A stretch of DNA of 14,839 nt from Nitrospirota bacterium (GTDB lineage Bacteria; Nitrospirota; Thermodesulfovibrionia; Thermodesulfovibrionales; BMS3Bbin05), in NCBI GenBank assembly GCA_020351835.1, contig CP070669.1:2125079-2139917 (forward strand). The letters are read 5' to 3'. Below, piece by piece: positions 1 through 7,119 of the stretch. Below the pieces are notes generated by a model. That model was not told the origin of the DNA, ran no database searches, and saw nothing but the letters and a program-made list of their open reading frames with translations. The translations under genes were made by a program, and so were the position numbers. Each line of letters opens with the position of its first letter. Position 1 is the first letter of the stretch.

Positions 1-446
1 CCCTTTGAGACCGGGGTCTGCTGTGACTCACCAAGAGAGCGGGGCCTTCTCGAAGTTGATCTCGTCTTTGTCGACGGTTTCTTCCCGGTTGCTGTCGCTT
101 TCTTGACAGCCGCCTTTTTCTTTTTCGTTGCTCTTTTCTTCTTTGACTTAGGGGAGGCCTTCTTCTTGGCTTTTTTAGCCGTTGCCTTCTTAGCTGTCTT
201 TTTCTTTATTTTTTTCTTGACGACCTTCTTTTTCTTTGCAGTCTTTTTTGCCGCCTTCTTTTTGGCCTTAGGCGATGTTTTTTTCTTTGCCTTGGTCTTT
301 GTTGCGGTCTTCTTCTTGGTCACTTTCTTCTTTTTTACTTTGGGAGTGGCCTTTTTCTTGACCTTGCCTTTTGCGGTGGTCTTCCTGGCTGTCTTTTTCT
401 TTACTGTCTTCTTTTTGGTCTTTTTCTTTATGCTCTTCTTTGCCAT
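1..446 (-). CDS. Lysine-rich basic protein with a histone H1/Hc1-like low-complexity N-terminus; start is in the window, 3' end lies beyond the left edge
   Basis: Manual reverse-complement translation from ATG at 446..444 gives MAKKSIKKKTKKKTVKKKTARKTTAKGKVKKKATPKVKKKKVTKKKTATKTKAKKK... The frame stays open for 148 codons to position 1. GGGGG (458..454) lies 7 nt upstream of the ATG, and the gap from the polA stop is 16 nt. It is absent from the ORF track because it has no stop in the window. The track's Phe-rich + ORF 103..462 is its antisense image. Confidence 0.6.
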   Translation of the reverse strand, partial: MAKKSIKKKTKKKTVKKKTARKTTAKGKVKKKATPKVKKKKVTKKKTATKTKAKKKTSPKAKKKAAKKTAKKKKVVKKKIKKKTAKKATAKKAKKKASPKSKKKRATKKKKAAVKKATATGKKPSTKTRSTSRRPRSLGESQQTPVSK

Positions 447-462
447 TTTGATACCCCCATGA

Positions 463-3138
463 TTAGTGGGCCTCGGCCCAGTTACTCCCCGATGAAATAT
501 CTACCTTTAATGGTACATTAAGCTTGACAGCGCTTTCCATCTCGGTTCTTAACGCGGATATAACAGCTGAGCTGTTTCTTTTTGAGCTCTCAACGACAAG
601 CTCATCATGAACCTGTAGGATAATTGTAGCACCCAAGGATTCAGATGTAAATCTTTTTTTCAGGTTGATCATCGCTAATTTTATTATGTCAGCGGCTGTC
701 CCCTGTATAGGGGTGTTGACAGCTATCCTTTCAGCCTGGGCCCTCCGTACAGAGTTCTTGCTCGATATGTCCGGGACAGGTCTTTTTCTGCCCAACAGAG
801 TGACAGCATGTCCTGAGCGCCTGGTGCCTTCGATCGTAGCGCGGATGAAGTCCTGTACACCGGGGTGTATAGAAAAATACCTGTCAATATATTCCTTTGC
901 TTTGTCCGGGGTGCATTTTAGCGTTTCTGAAAGACCGAAGGGTGTGATCCCATAGATTATTCCGAAGTTTACCGCTTTTGCCACGCGCCTCATGTCTGCG
1001 GTCAGCTCACCTTCCGATACCTCAAAGACGTCCATGGCCGTATTGGAGTGGATGTCGCTGTCTTCCATGAAAGATGTCATTAATCTTTTATCGCCGCTCA
1101 TATGGGCCAGGATACGCAGTTCGATCTGAGAATAGTCTGCGGATATGATCACATTGCCATCCTCTGCAATGAACGACTCCCTTATTTTTTTTCCCCACTC
1201 TCCTCTTGCCGGAATGTTCTGGAGGTTGGGTTCACTGCTGCTCAGCCTTCCGGTCGCTGTCACCGTCTGATTGAAAGAGGTATGAACACGACCGGTCGAA
1301 CTGCTTGTCAGCTCTTGCAGGGTATCCAGGTATGTGTTCTTTATCTTGCTGAGCGACCTGTACTCCAGGATCTCTTTTGGCAGGTCATGCTCTAAGGAAA
1401 GTTCCTCAAGCACGCTTATATCCGTGGAATAACCGCTCTTGGTCTTCTTGATGGGTCTGAGCCCGATCTCATTGAAGAGGACCTCTCCGAGCTGTTTGGG
1501 AGAGTTTATGTTGAACTCTCTGCCTGCAAGGCCGTAGATCTCATCGCGGATCCCTCTGATCTCCTTGCTTATAGAGGCAGAGTACTTTTTAAGTTTAGCG
1601 ATGTCCACCTTGACCCCGGCAAGCTCTATATCGACCAGCACATTTATGAGCGGCTCTTCCATGTTATCGTAAACGTGCAGTAATCCGTCGTTTTCCAGTT
1701 TATCGAAAAGTATTTCCTTTAGGGCGAACGAGAAAGCGGCATCCTCAGCCGAGTACTGACCGGCTGTTTCAATGTCCAGTTCGGAGAAGTTCTTTATCTT
1801 TCCGGCAACTTCCTTATAACCCTTCTTCTTCGAACCGATATGGTCAAGTACGGTCGCCTCAAGATTATGAGTGCTCTTGTTTGGGTTCAGAAGGTATGAT
1901 GCTACCATGGTATCGAATATCCTGCCCCTTACCGTCACATCATATTTTCTGAAACAGATAATGTCGTATTTAAGGTTATGCCCTACCTTGCTTATCGACG
2001 GATCTTCAAGTATCGGCCTGATAATGCCGATAACTTCCCTGAGATCAGGCTGAGTGATATCCGTAATGCATGTGTGACCCACGGGGATGTAATATCCGCT
2101 GCCCTTATTCAGGCAGAATGAAATACCCACTATCTCTGCATCTACAGCATCAGTACCTGTGGTCTCAACATCGAATGATATTATATCCTTCGTTCCCGAA
2201 ATGATCCTTTTAATATCGGTTGGCTCCGTTAGCAGCTCCATAGATATCTTATGAGCGCCTGATGAGATGTGCTGAAGCAGGGATGTGAATTCCAGTTCCT
2301 TAAAAAGCCTCAGGAGGGTACCGGTATCGGGTTCTGTTATAAGGCAGTCCTCAGCCCTTATATCCATGGGGACATCATAAATGATCTTTGCAAGGTCATG
2401 GCTCAAAATAATGTCTTCTTTATTCTCCTTTATCATCTTTTCCCACCGGTCTTTCCCGGCAAGAGATGGATTCTCGATGAGCTCATCAAGACTTTTGACC
2501 TTAGAAAGGAGTTCCCTGGCGGTCTTGGGCCCGATCCCTTTAGCCCCAGGGATATTATCTACCGGGTCACCCATGAGAGCCATAACCTCGGGGATCCTCG
2601 CAGGTGGTACCCCGAACTTATCCTTAACCTGCTCACTGTCTATCACCATGTCCTTTATGGGATCGTAGACCTTGATCCTATCGTCTATTACCTGAAGCAT
2701 GTCCTTGTCTGCCGCCACTATGTAGATCTCATTATCATCGGCAGACAGCATACGGGCTGCCGCGGCAAGGATGTCATCGGCTTCATACCCTGGTATCTCA
2801 TATACCGGTATTCTGAATGCTCTGATGATCTCCATGATAGTGGGGATCTGGTCTACCAGGTCATCAGGTGTTTCAGGCCTGTGCGACTTGTAATGCTCAT
2901 ATGCCTCGTGTCGCTTAGTAGGTTCCCTGCTATCCATAGCAATTGCCATCCCGTCCGGAGCATTATCCTTGATTATCTTTATAAGCATGTTAGTAAAGCC
3001 GAATATGGCATTGCTGGGGCGCCCTGAAGACGTTGTCAGGCCCCTTATTGCATAATAGCCTCTGTAAATGTATGAGTTACCGTCTATAAGGAAGATTTTC
3101 ATGGTCATAGTATAGTACTTAGTCAGAAAATATTGCAT
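463..3138 (-). CDS. polA: DNA polymerase I with 5'-nuclease, 3'-5' exonuclease and polymerase domains
   Basis: N-terminal 5'-nuclease signature (KIFLIDGNSYIYRGYYA). Exo motifs are intact (FDVETTG, GHNLKYD, YSAEDA). Pol motifs A (DYSQIELR), B (RRVAKAVNFGIIYG) and C (QVHDE) are present. The true start may be the internal ATG at 3108 or 3102 (MTMKIFLIDG); none of the candidates has a clear SD. Confidence 0.95.
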   Translation of the reverse strand: MQYFLTKYYTMTMKIFLIDGNSYIYRGYYAIRGLTTSSGRPSNAIFGFTNMLIKIIKDNAPDGMAIAMDSREPTKRHEAYEHYKSHRPETPDDLVDQIPTIMEIIRAFRIPVYEIPGYEADDILAAAARMLSADDNEIYIVAADKDMLQVIDDRIKVYDPIKDMVIDSEQVKDKFGVPPARIPEVMALMGDPVDNIPGAKGIGPKTARELLSKVKSLDELIENPSLAGKDRWEKMIKENKEDIILSHDLAKIIYDVPMDIRAEDCLITEPDTGTLLRLFKELEFTSLLQHISSGAHKISMELLTEPTDIKRIISGTKDIISFDVETTGTDAVDAEIVGISFCLNKGSGYYIPVGHTCITDITQPDLREVIGIIRPILEDPSISKVGHNLKYDIICFRKYDVTVRGRIFDTMVASYLLNPNKSTHNLEATVLDHIGSKKKGYKEVAGKIKNFSELDIETAGQYSAEDAAFSFALKEILFDKLENDGLLHVYDNMEEPLINVLVDIELAGVKVDIAKLKKYSASISKEIRGIRDEIYGLAGREFNINSPKQLGEVLFNEIGLRPIKKTKSGYSTDISVLEELSLEHDLPKEILEYRSLSKIKNTYLDTLQELTSSSTGRVHTSFNQTVTATGRLSSSEPNLQNIPARGEWGKKIRESFIAEDGNVIISADYSQIELRILAHMSGDKRLMTSFMEDSDIHSNTAMDVFEVSEGELTADMRRVAKAVNFGIIYGITPFGLSETLKCTPDKAKEYIDRYFSIHPGVQDFIRATIEGTRRSGHAVTLLGRKRPVPDISSKNSVRRAQAERIAVNTPIQGTAADIIKLAMINLKKRFTSESLGATIILQVHDELVVESSKRNSSAVISALRTEMESAVKLNVPLKVDISSGSNWAEAH

Positions 3139-3323
3139 TGAGAGCTAATGGGCATCTGACGACCCTAAAGAAGTCATAAAAATGTCAATATATCAATAAC
3201 TTAGGCCCGAAGCAACGCTATGTTTTAAGGGCTGCACCCTCCAATGACCTTCCATCTAAGTGTTCATTATTTAATGTTTTCATGGCATTTCGATGCGTAA
3301 AATGAGGTAAATGCCTCTATTTA

Positions 3324-3353
3324 TTGACTTTTTTTCATGAATGATGTCAAAAT
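3324..3353 (+). promoter_or_regulatory. Candidate sigma70-type promoter for csp: -35 TTGACT, 18-bp spacer, extended -10 TGtCAAAAT
   Basis: TTGACT at 3324..3329, TG at 3345..3346, CAAAAT at 3348..3353. It sits in the polA/csp divergent intergenic region and would give a leader of about 110 nt, in line with the long leaders of csp genes. Sequence match only. Confidence 0.3.
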
Positions 3354-3384
3354 AACTGAGAAGTTCAGAAGTTTTTTGTGACTT

Positions 3385-3424
3385 AAAGGCCACAGAGACT
3401 TTTAGCTTGGTGGCCTTTTTTCTA
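3385..3424 (+). terminator. Intrinsic-terminator-like hairpin plus T-tract inside the presumed csp 5' leader (possible attenuator or thermosensor element)
   Basis: AAAGGCCAC (3385..3393) pairs perfectly with GTGGCCTTT (3410..3418) across a 16-nt loop. The 3' arm runs into six consecutive T (3416..3421). The element lies about 50 nt upstream of the csp ATG, with no + strand gene upstream to terminate. Confidence 0.45.
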
Positions 3425-3472
3425 TTGCAGTTATTCTGACACTTCCAATTTATCAAAGGGAGGACTAGCAGC

Positions 3473-3673
3473 ATGGCTAACGGAACAGTTAAGTGGTTCA
3501 ATGATGCCAAAGGTTACGGCTTCATTACGAGTGAGGACGGCCAGGACGTTTTTGTCCACTTTTCATCCATTCAAAGTGATGGTTTCAGGTCACTTGCTGA
3601 AGGCGATTCTGTATCATTCGAGACAGAAGAAGGCCCCAAGGGCCCAAAGGCTATCAACGTTAACAAGATCTGA
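3473..3673 (+). CDS. cspA: Cold-shock protein, CspA family (single cold-shock domain, 66 aa)
   Basis: [33 protein letters not shown] carries the RNP1 (KGYGFI) and RNP2 (VFVHF) motifs. A strong SD (AAAGGGAGG, 3455..3463) precedes the ATG. Confidence 0.95.
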   Translation: MANGTVKWFNDAKGYGFITSEDGQDVFVHFSSIQSDGFRSLAEGDSVSFETEEGPKGPKAINVNKI

Positions 3674-3679
3674 CAACTA

Positions 3680-3703
3680 GCCCCCTCCGTTACAGGAGGG
3701 GGC
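3680..3703 (+). terminator. GC-rich stem-loop just after the csp stop (terminator or 3' stabiliser; no U-tract)
   Basis: GCCCCCTCC (3680..3688), a 6-nt loop, then GGAGGGGGC (3695..3703), a perfect 9-bp stem. It is followed by ATTAACAAAT rather than a T-run, so termination may be partial. Confidence 0.45.
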
Positions 3704-3790
3704 ATTAACAAATCCGGGAGTATAAGTTTGTACAGACAGGCATCGATAGAAAAGAAAGAGACCAAGAAGAGAAAAAGAAGAGAGGCCGGT

Positions 3791-4126
3791 ATGCTCTCCG
3801 AGGTGTATCCAGGCGTTTCCAATATTACTATTCAGATGAAGTATGTTCACAAGGCAGCGGTCCCGATCATAATGGACAGGACAGTGAACGTCTTCCCGAC
3901 AAGTTATGCTTACTTTCATATGGAATGTCTCGTAAAAGGCTGTGAAAAGGGTGGCTATGACCTGACACCGGTCATAAAGAAGATGCTCAAGAAGGGATCC
4001 AAAGCAGATTCCGGAGCTATGAAGTGCAGAGGGAAGAACGGAAGTTCTCCTGCTGACCATGCTGAGATATCTTACGAGATAAACGTTAAGTATAAAAGAA
4101 AGTCTGCAAGCAAGAAAAAGAAGTAA
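3791..4126 (+). CDS. Hypothetical small basic protein (111 aa) with Cys/His pairs and a lysine tail
   Basis: The ORF track frame 3728..4126 opens with TTG. The internal ATG at 3791 has AGAGG (3781..3785) 5 nt upstream. Codon usage (ATA, AGG/AGA, AAG) matches neighbouring genes. Contains HMECLVKGC ... KCRG ... ADH and ends KRKSASKKKK. I recognise no family. The overlapping minus ORF 3677..4144 looks less protein-like. Confidence 0.5.
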   Translation: MLSEVYPGVSNITIQMKYVHKAAVPIIMDRTVNVFPTSYAYFHMECLVKGCEKGGYDLTPVIKKMLKKGSKADSGAMKCRGKNGSSPADHAEISYEINVKYKRKSASKKKK

Positions 4127-4214
4127 ACTTTCTCCGATCTGCAATTAAGTAAACAGACCGTACTGCAATGATAGCTCCTTGCGGTTTGATCTTTCCTTGA
4201 TTTATATTAGTCCT

Positions 4215-5294
4215 ATGAAGGACCTGATAGATGCATTGAACCTCTCTTCTTCAGATATCTTAAATGCAGTTATCGCTGCCGCAATATTCGTCCTTGCTGC
4301 TGTAGTCCTGGACATCTTCCTTGGCAAGGTCCTGCGGCGGTTCGCAAGGCTTACCAATACAGATCTTGATAATCAGTTGATTGATGTTGTGAGACGACCT
4401 ATCTTTTTGACGGTTATATTGATAGGATCGCTTGTCGCTGTATCATTATTGAAGACCGGGGACAAGTTCCATCATTTCGCCGATGCGCTTGTCTATTCAC
4501 TGATCACATTGATGTGGGTAGTTCTGGCAATAAAAGAAAGCAACATGATCATAGAGTATACACTGTCAAAGGTATCTGACGCGACAGGGCTTCAGAAGAG
4601 CATGATACCCCTGGTAAAAAATGTCGCCCTTATAGCCCTCGTAGCTCTTGGTATTTACATATTATTGTCTATCTGGAAGATCAATGTTACACCGCTTCTT
4701 GCATCTGCAGGAATTGCAGGTGCTATCATTGCCCTGGCCGCGAAGGATACTGTTGCTAACTTCTTTGGGGGATTGAGCATATTTATAGACAGGCCTTTTA
4801 AGATCGGCGATTATATAGTATTGGATGGGCAGGAAAGAGGGGAGGTAGTAGCAATAGGCATAAGGAGCACACGTATCAAGACGCGAGATGATGTTTTGAT
4901 AACAGTACCCAATGCCGCCATAGCTAACTCGAAGATAATAAATGAGAGCGCACCTGTCCCGAAGTTCAGGGTAAGGATACCGATAGGGGTAGCATACGGT
5001 AGCGATATAGATATCGTGCAGGATGCCCTTCTCAATGTGGCAGTGACCAATCATAACGTTTCAGAGGCCCCTGAGCCAAGGGTAAGGTTCAGGGCATTTG
5101 GTGAGTCGTCCCTTGATTTTGAACTGTTATGCTGGGTAGACGAGCCTGCTGTGAGGGGTCTTACGATCCATGAGCTTAATACGGCAATATACAAAGAGTT
5201 TGACAAGCGCGGACTGAAGATCCCGTTCCCGCAAAGAGATGTCCACATCTCCGGTACCTCAGTTACCGATAATAGGCAAAATTTACAACAATAA
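4215..5294 (+). CDS. mscS: Mechanosensitive ion channel, MscS family
   Basis: N-terminal TM helices are followed by the pore helix and beta-domain signature AGIAGAIIALAAKDTVANFFGGLSIFIDRPFKIGDYIVL...GEVVAIGIRSTRIKTRDDVLITVPN. The track start 4179 is a TTG; the ATG at 4215 (MKDLIDAL) is preferred. Neither has a strong SD. Confidence 0.85.
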   Translation: MKDLIDALNLSSSDILNAVIAAAIFVLAAVVLDIFLGKVLRRFARLTNTDLDNQLIDVVRRPIFLTVILIGSLVAVSLLKTGDKFHHFADALVYSLITLMWVVLAIKESNMIIEYTLSKVSDATGLQKSMIPLVKNVALIALVALGIYILLSIWKINVTPLLASAGIAGAIIALAAKDTVANFFGGLSIFIDRPFKIGDYIVLDGQERGEVVAIGIRSTRIKTRDDVLITVPNAAIANSKIINESAPVPKFRVRIPIGVAYGSDIDIVQDALLNVAVTNHNVSEAPEPRVRFRAFGESSLDFELLCWVDEPAVRGLTIHELNTAIYKEFDKRGLKIPFPQRDVHISGTSVTDNRQNLQQ

Positions 5295-5358
5295 GCCTTT
5301 GCTGTATACTTTAAATATTAATGATAATTGATCAATTTAAATGCAGGGGGTTCTATTT

Positions 5359-6465
5359 ATGAGAACACTAAGGCTATTAACGATGTTCCTAATGATCGGT
5401 CTTCTTTCTTCATGTGTCGTGCATCACCACCATCCGGCTGATACCGGGGATGTTTCAGAGCGTATAATCGTCGAACATCACGATAGCAGGATCAAGTATA
5501 ACTATATGTTCTATCCTGCTGTTTCGGTATATTATGACATTGACAGGCATCTCTGGTTCTATTTTGAGACCGGATCTTGGAGGGTCGCCACGGTTCTTCC
5601 TGTATGGATCGTTCTGCCTTCCCGCGACGACTCGGTAATTATAAGTGTAAACAGTGAGAGACCTTATGACCATTACGATCGTCATAAGAAGAGATATCCG
5701 TCCCGCCGTGACAGGTACAGATACCGTTATTATCCGTCACTATTCATCTATTTCGATATTAACAGGGGTCTCTGGTTCTATCTCGAGGGGGGCAGGTGGA
5801 GGAATGCAAGAAGGCTCCCGAGACATATAGTCGTGCCGTCTCATTCTCACCATGTTGAGCTCGAGATGTATACCGAAAGGCCATATGATCATTTTAAGAG
5901 GCATAAGACAGAGCATCCATCACGGCGGGATAATGATAAGAAGATCAGGAAGCTTGATGAAAGGAAACGCCGTGAAGAGATAAAGAGATATGAGGAGAGA
6001 GAAAGGGAGCGGGAAAGATACGAGGAGATAGAACGCAAGAGAGAAATGAGAGAGAATAAAGAAAGAGAGCGTTATGAAAGGCAGAGGGAGGAGTTTAAAA
6101 GAGATAGATCTAGAGATAGAAGGGATGACGATGAGATAAGGACCGGGCCGGTAAAAAGGGATGCAGATAGTATGAAGCGTGTCCCATTTGTTATTGAAGA
6201 GGAAGAAAAGCAGGATAGAAGGGATCGAAGGCCTGGTGTAGATAAGGGAGATAATGGCAGAGAGAGACATGAGGATATCAGAAGGGAAAGGTCCAAAATG
6301 AAAGAGGTCGAAATAAAGGGGCCTCCGGAGAAGAAGGAAAGAAGGACAAGGGATGAGAAGAAGGAAAAAGTGAAAGACAAAGATAAGGATGAAGACGAGA
6401 GCGAAAGTGAAGAAAACGGTGAAAGCGATACGGATAGAAGCAAGAAAGGCAAGAGGCGGAATTAA
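5359..6465 (+). CDS. Predicted lipoprotein with a His4 tract, two tandem copies of an uncharacterised ~73-aa module, and a long E/R/K/D-rich tail
   Basis: The ATG at 5359 has GGGGG (5346..5350) 8 nt upstream. The signal peptide MRTLRLLTMFLMIGLLSSC ends in a lipobox (L-S-S-C). HHHH is encoded at 5422..5433. The duplicated module and charged tail are described in the findings. Confidence 0.75.
   Translation: MRTLRLLTMFLMIGLLSSCVVHHHHPADTGDVSERIIVEHHDSRIKYNYMFYPAVSVYYDIDRHLWFYFETGSWRVATVLPVWIVLPSRDDSVIISVNSERPYDHYDRHKKRYPSRRDRYRYRYYPSLFIYFDINRGLWFYLEGGRWRNARRLPRHIVVPSHSHHVELEMYTERPYDHFKRHKTEHPSRRDNDKKIRKLDERKRREEIKRYEERERERERYEEIERKREMRENKERERYERQREEFKRDRSRDRRDDDEIRTGPVKRDADSMKRVPFVIEEEEKQDRRDRRPGVDKGDNGRERHEDIRRERSKMKEVEIKGPPEKKERRTRDEKKEKVKDKDKDEDESESEENGESDTDRSKKGKRRN
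5497..5934 (+). repeat. Intragenic tandem duplication: two ~73-codon modules (5497..5715 and 5716..5934)
   Basis: Hand alignment of YNYMFYPAVSVYYDIDRHLWFYFETGSWRVATVLP...SERPYDHYDRHKKRYPSRRDR against YRYRYYPSLFIYFDINRGLWFYLEGGRWRNARRLP...TERPYDHFKRHKTEHPSRRDN gives 38/73 identical residues with no gaps. Confidence 0.8.
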
Positions 6466-6489
6466 GATCGATCTCTATGCTGTTCATGA

Positions 6490-7116
6490 ATGATACCAAT
6501 AAAAATAGATGAAGGATTGTCCAGGGCCTGGAATGCAGTTGAAGGGCTGGACCCTATTGAAGCAGAAAAGCGTACAGGGGCCGTTTATGAACAGGCCAGA
6601 TGCGTATATCGCATAAATACATTCGGAACGTCTGTTGAGCTGGATGTGAAGAACCGCTCATTTGTACCATTGTCGGATATTGCAAGTACTGTCACTGATG
6701 ACCTAAGGGGTTATTCCGAGCTTACTTTCCTCTCGTATCTTGTCAGTTCAAAACGCGTAAAGGAGAGTGGCAAGCTGATAAGGCCGGTCGATATAAGAGG
6801 AGGCCATATCTTTTCGGGTGGGACTCATATGCTCCCTCTGGGTGAGATCTCCGGGAAGTATGGGAATGATATCGTTTCTTATAAGAGAAGAGGGGTAGAG
6901 CTTGGAGCGTCGTCGGCTGACCATGGTGATTCATCGCTCAAATTAATGCCTCTTCCAGATGTTCCTGTATATCTGGTCCTCTGGGCAGAGGACGACGAGT
7001 TCGCTGCAAGGGCGGACCTTCTTTTTGACTCCACTATAGAGTTGCAGCTGGAGGCCACGGATGTTATCTGGGCACTCGCAATGATGACCGTTCTAATGTT
7101 CCTTTCCGATCAATAG
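6490..7116 (+). CDS. DUF3786-like protein (function unknown)
   Basis: The overall pattern matches my memory of DUF3786: N-terminal W..A...LDP.EA..RTGA.Y, central SGK.I....I.GG, and C-terminal PDVPVYLVLWAEDDEFAARADLLFDS...L..ATDVIWAL. There is no SD and the gene starts 24 nt after the lipoprotein gene stop. The family call is from memory and was not searched. Confidence 0.6.
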   Translation: MIPIKIDEGLSRAWNAVEGLDPIEAEKRTGAVYEQARCVYRINTFGTSVELDVKNRSFVPLSDIASTVTDDLRGYSELTFLSYLVSSKRVKESGKLIRPVDIRGGHIFSGGTHMLPLGEISGKYGNDIVSYKRRGVELGASSADHGDSSLKLMPLPDVPVYLVLWAEDDEFAARADLLFDSTIELQLEATDVIWALAMMTVLMFLSDQ

Positions 7117-7119
7117 TGA

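Noticed and set aside
28-249. Possible programmed -1 frameshift in the polylysine gene. Exact dnaX-type A AAA AAG heptamers lie in the zero frame (for example 249..243). Near the 3' region the -1 frame reads ..QESDSNREETVDKDEINFEKAPLSW and stops at 30..28.
   Set aside because: AAA-AAG codon pairs are unavoidable in a 50% lysine gene, so the heptamers are expected by chance. No stimulatory hairpin or internal SD was seen. The zero frame stays open to the edge. After the 249..243 heptamer, the -1 frame stops after about 17 codons. There is not enough evidence to propose recoding.
103-462. Track ORF of 119 aa that is extremely Phe/Leu/Ala-rich and looks like a polytopic membrane protein
   Set aside because: It is the reverse-complement image of AAG/AAA lysine codons (CTT/TTT). 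The minus-strand frame has an ATG with a G-rich SD, sits in operon-like position after polA and stays open to the window edge. The + ORF has no SD and opposes the local transcription direction.
2269-3027. A 252-aa + strand ORF, plus 665..955, 1102..1395, 1871..2053 and 2381..2668, all inside polA
   Set aside because: These are antisense to a polA frame that carries all the canonical Pol I motifs listed above. They have no SD, an odd Cys/His/Tyr-rich composition and no recognisable motifs, which is typical of shadow ORFs.
3280-3510. A 76-aa minus ORF spanning the csp promoter, leader and start
   Set aside because: It overlaps the csp SD and start codon on the opposite strand, lies in AT-rich intergenic DNA, and has no SD and an implausible sequence.
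3677-4144. A 155-aa minus-strand ORF overlapping the small + strand ORF
   Set aside because: The + frame has an ATG with an SD, genome-typical codon choice and a plausible globular sequence. The minus ORF is Leu/Ser/Cys-rich, lacks an SD and would converge head-on with csp. Some uncertainty remains, so the + call is given only 0.5 confidence.
4136-4169. CTGCAAT occurs twice upstream of the MscS gene and resembles the half-site of the 11483..11498 palindrome (TCTGCAA)
   Set aside because: These are single half-sites in direct orientation with irregular spacing. A 6-7-mer match across 15 kb is expected by chance.
5920-6499. Minus-strand Ser/Leu/Phe-rich ORFs (5920..6270, 6072..6452, 6278..6499)
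   Set aside because: They are antisense shadows of the purine-rich E/R/K/D tail of the lipoprotein gene. The + frame is continuous with the signal peptide and the duplicated modules.
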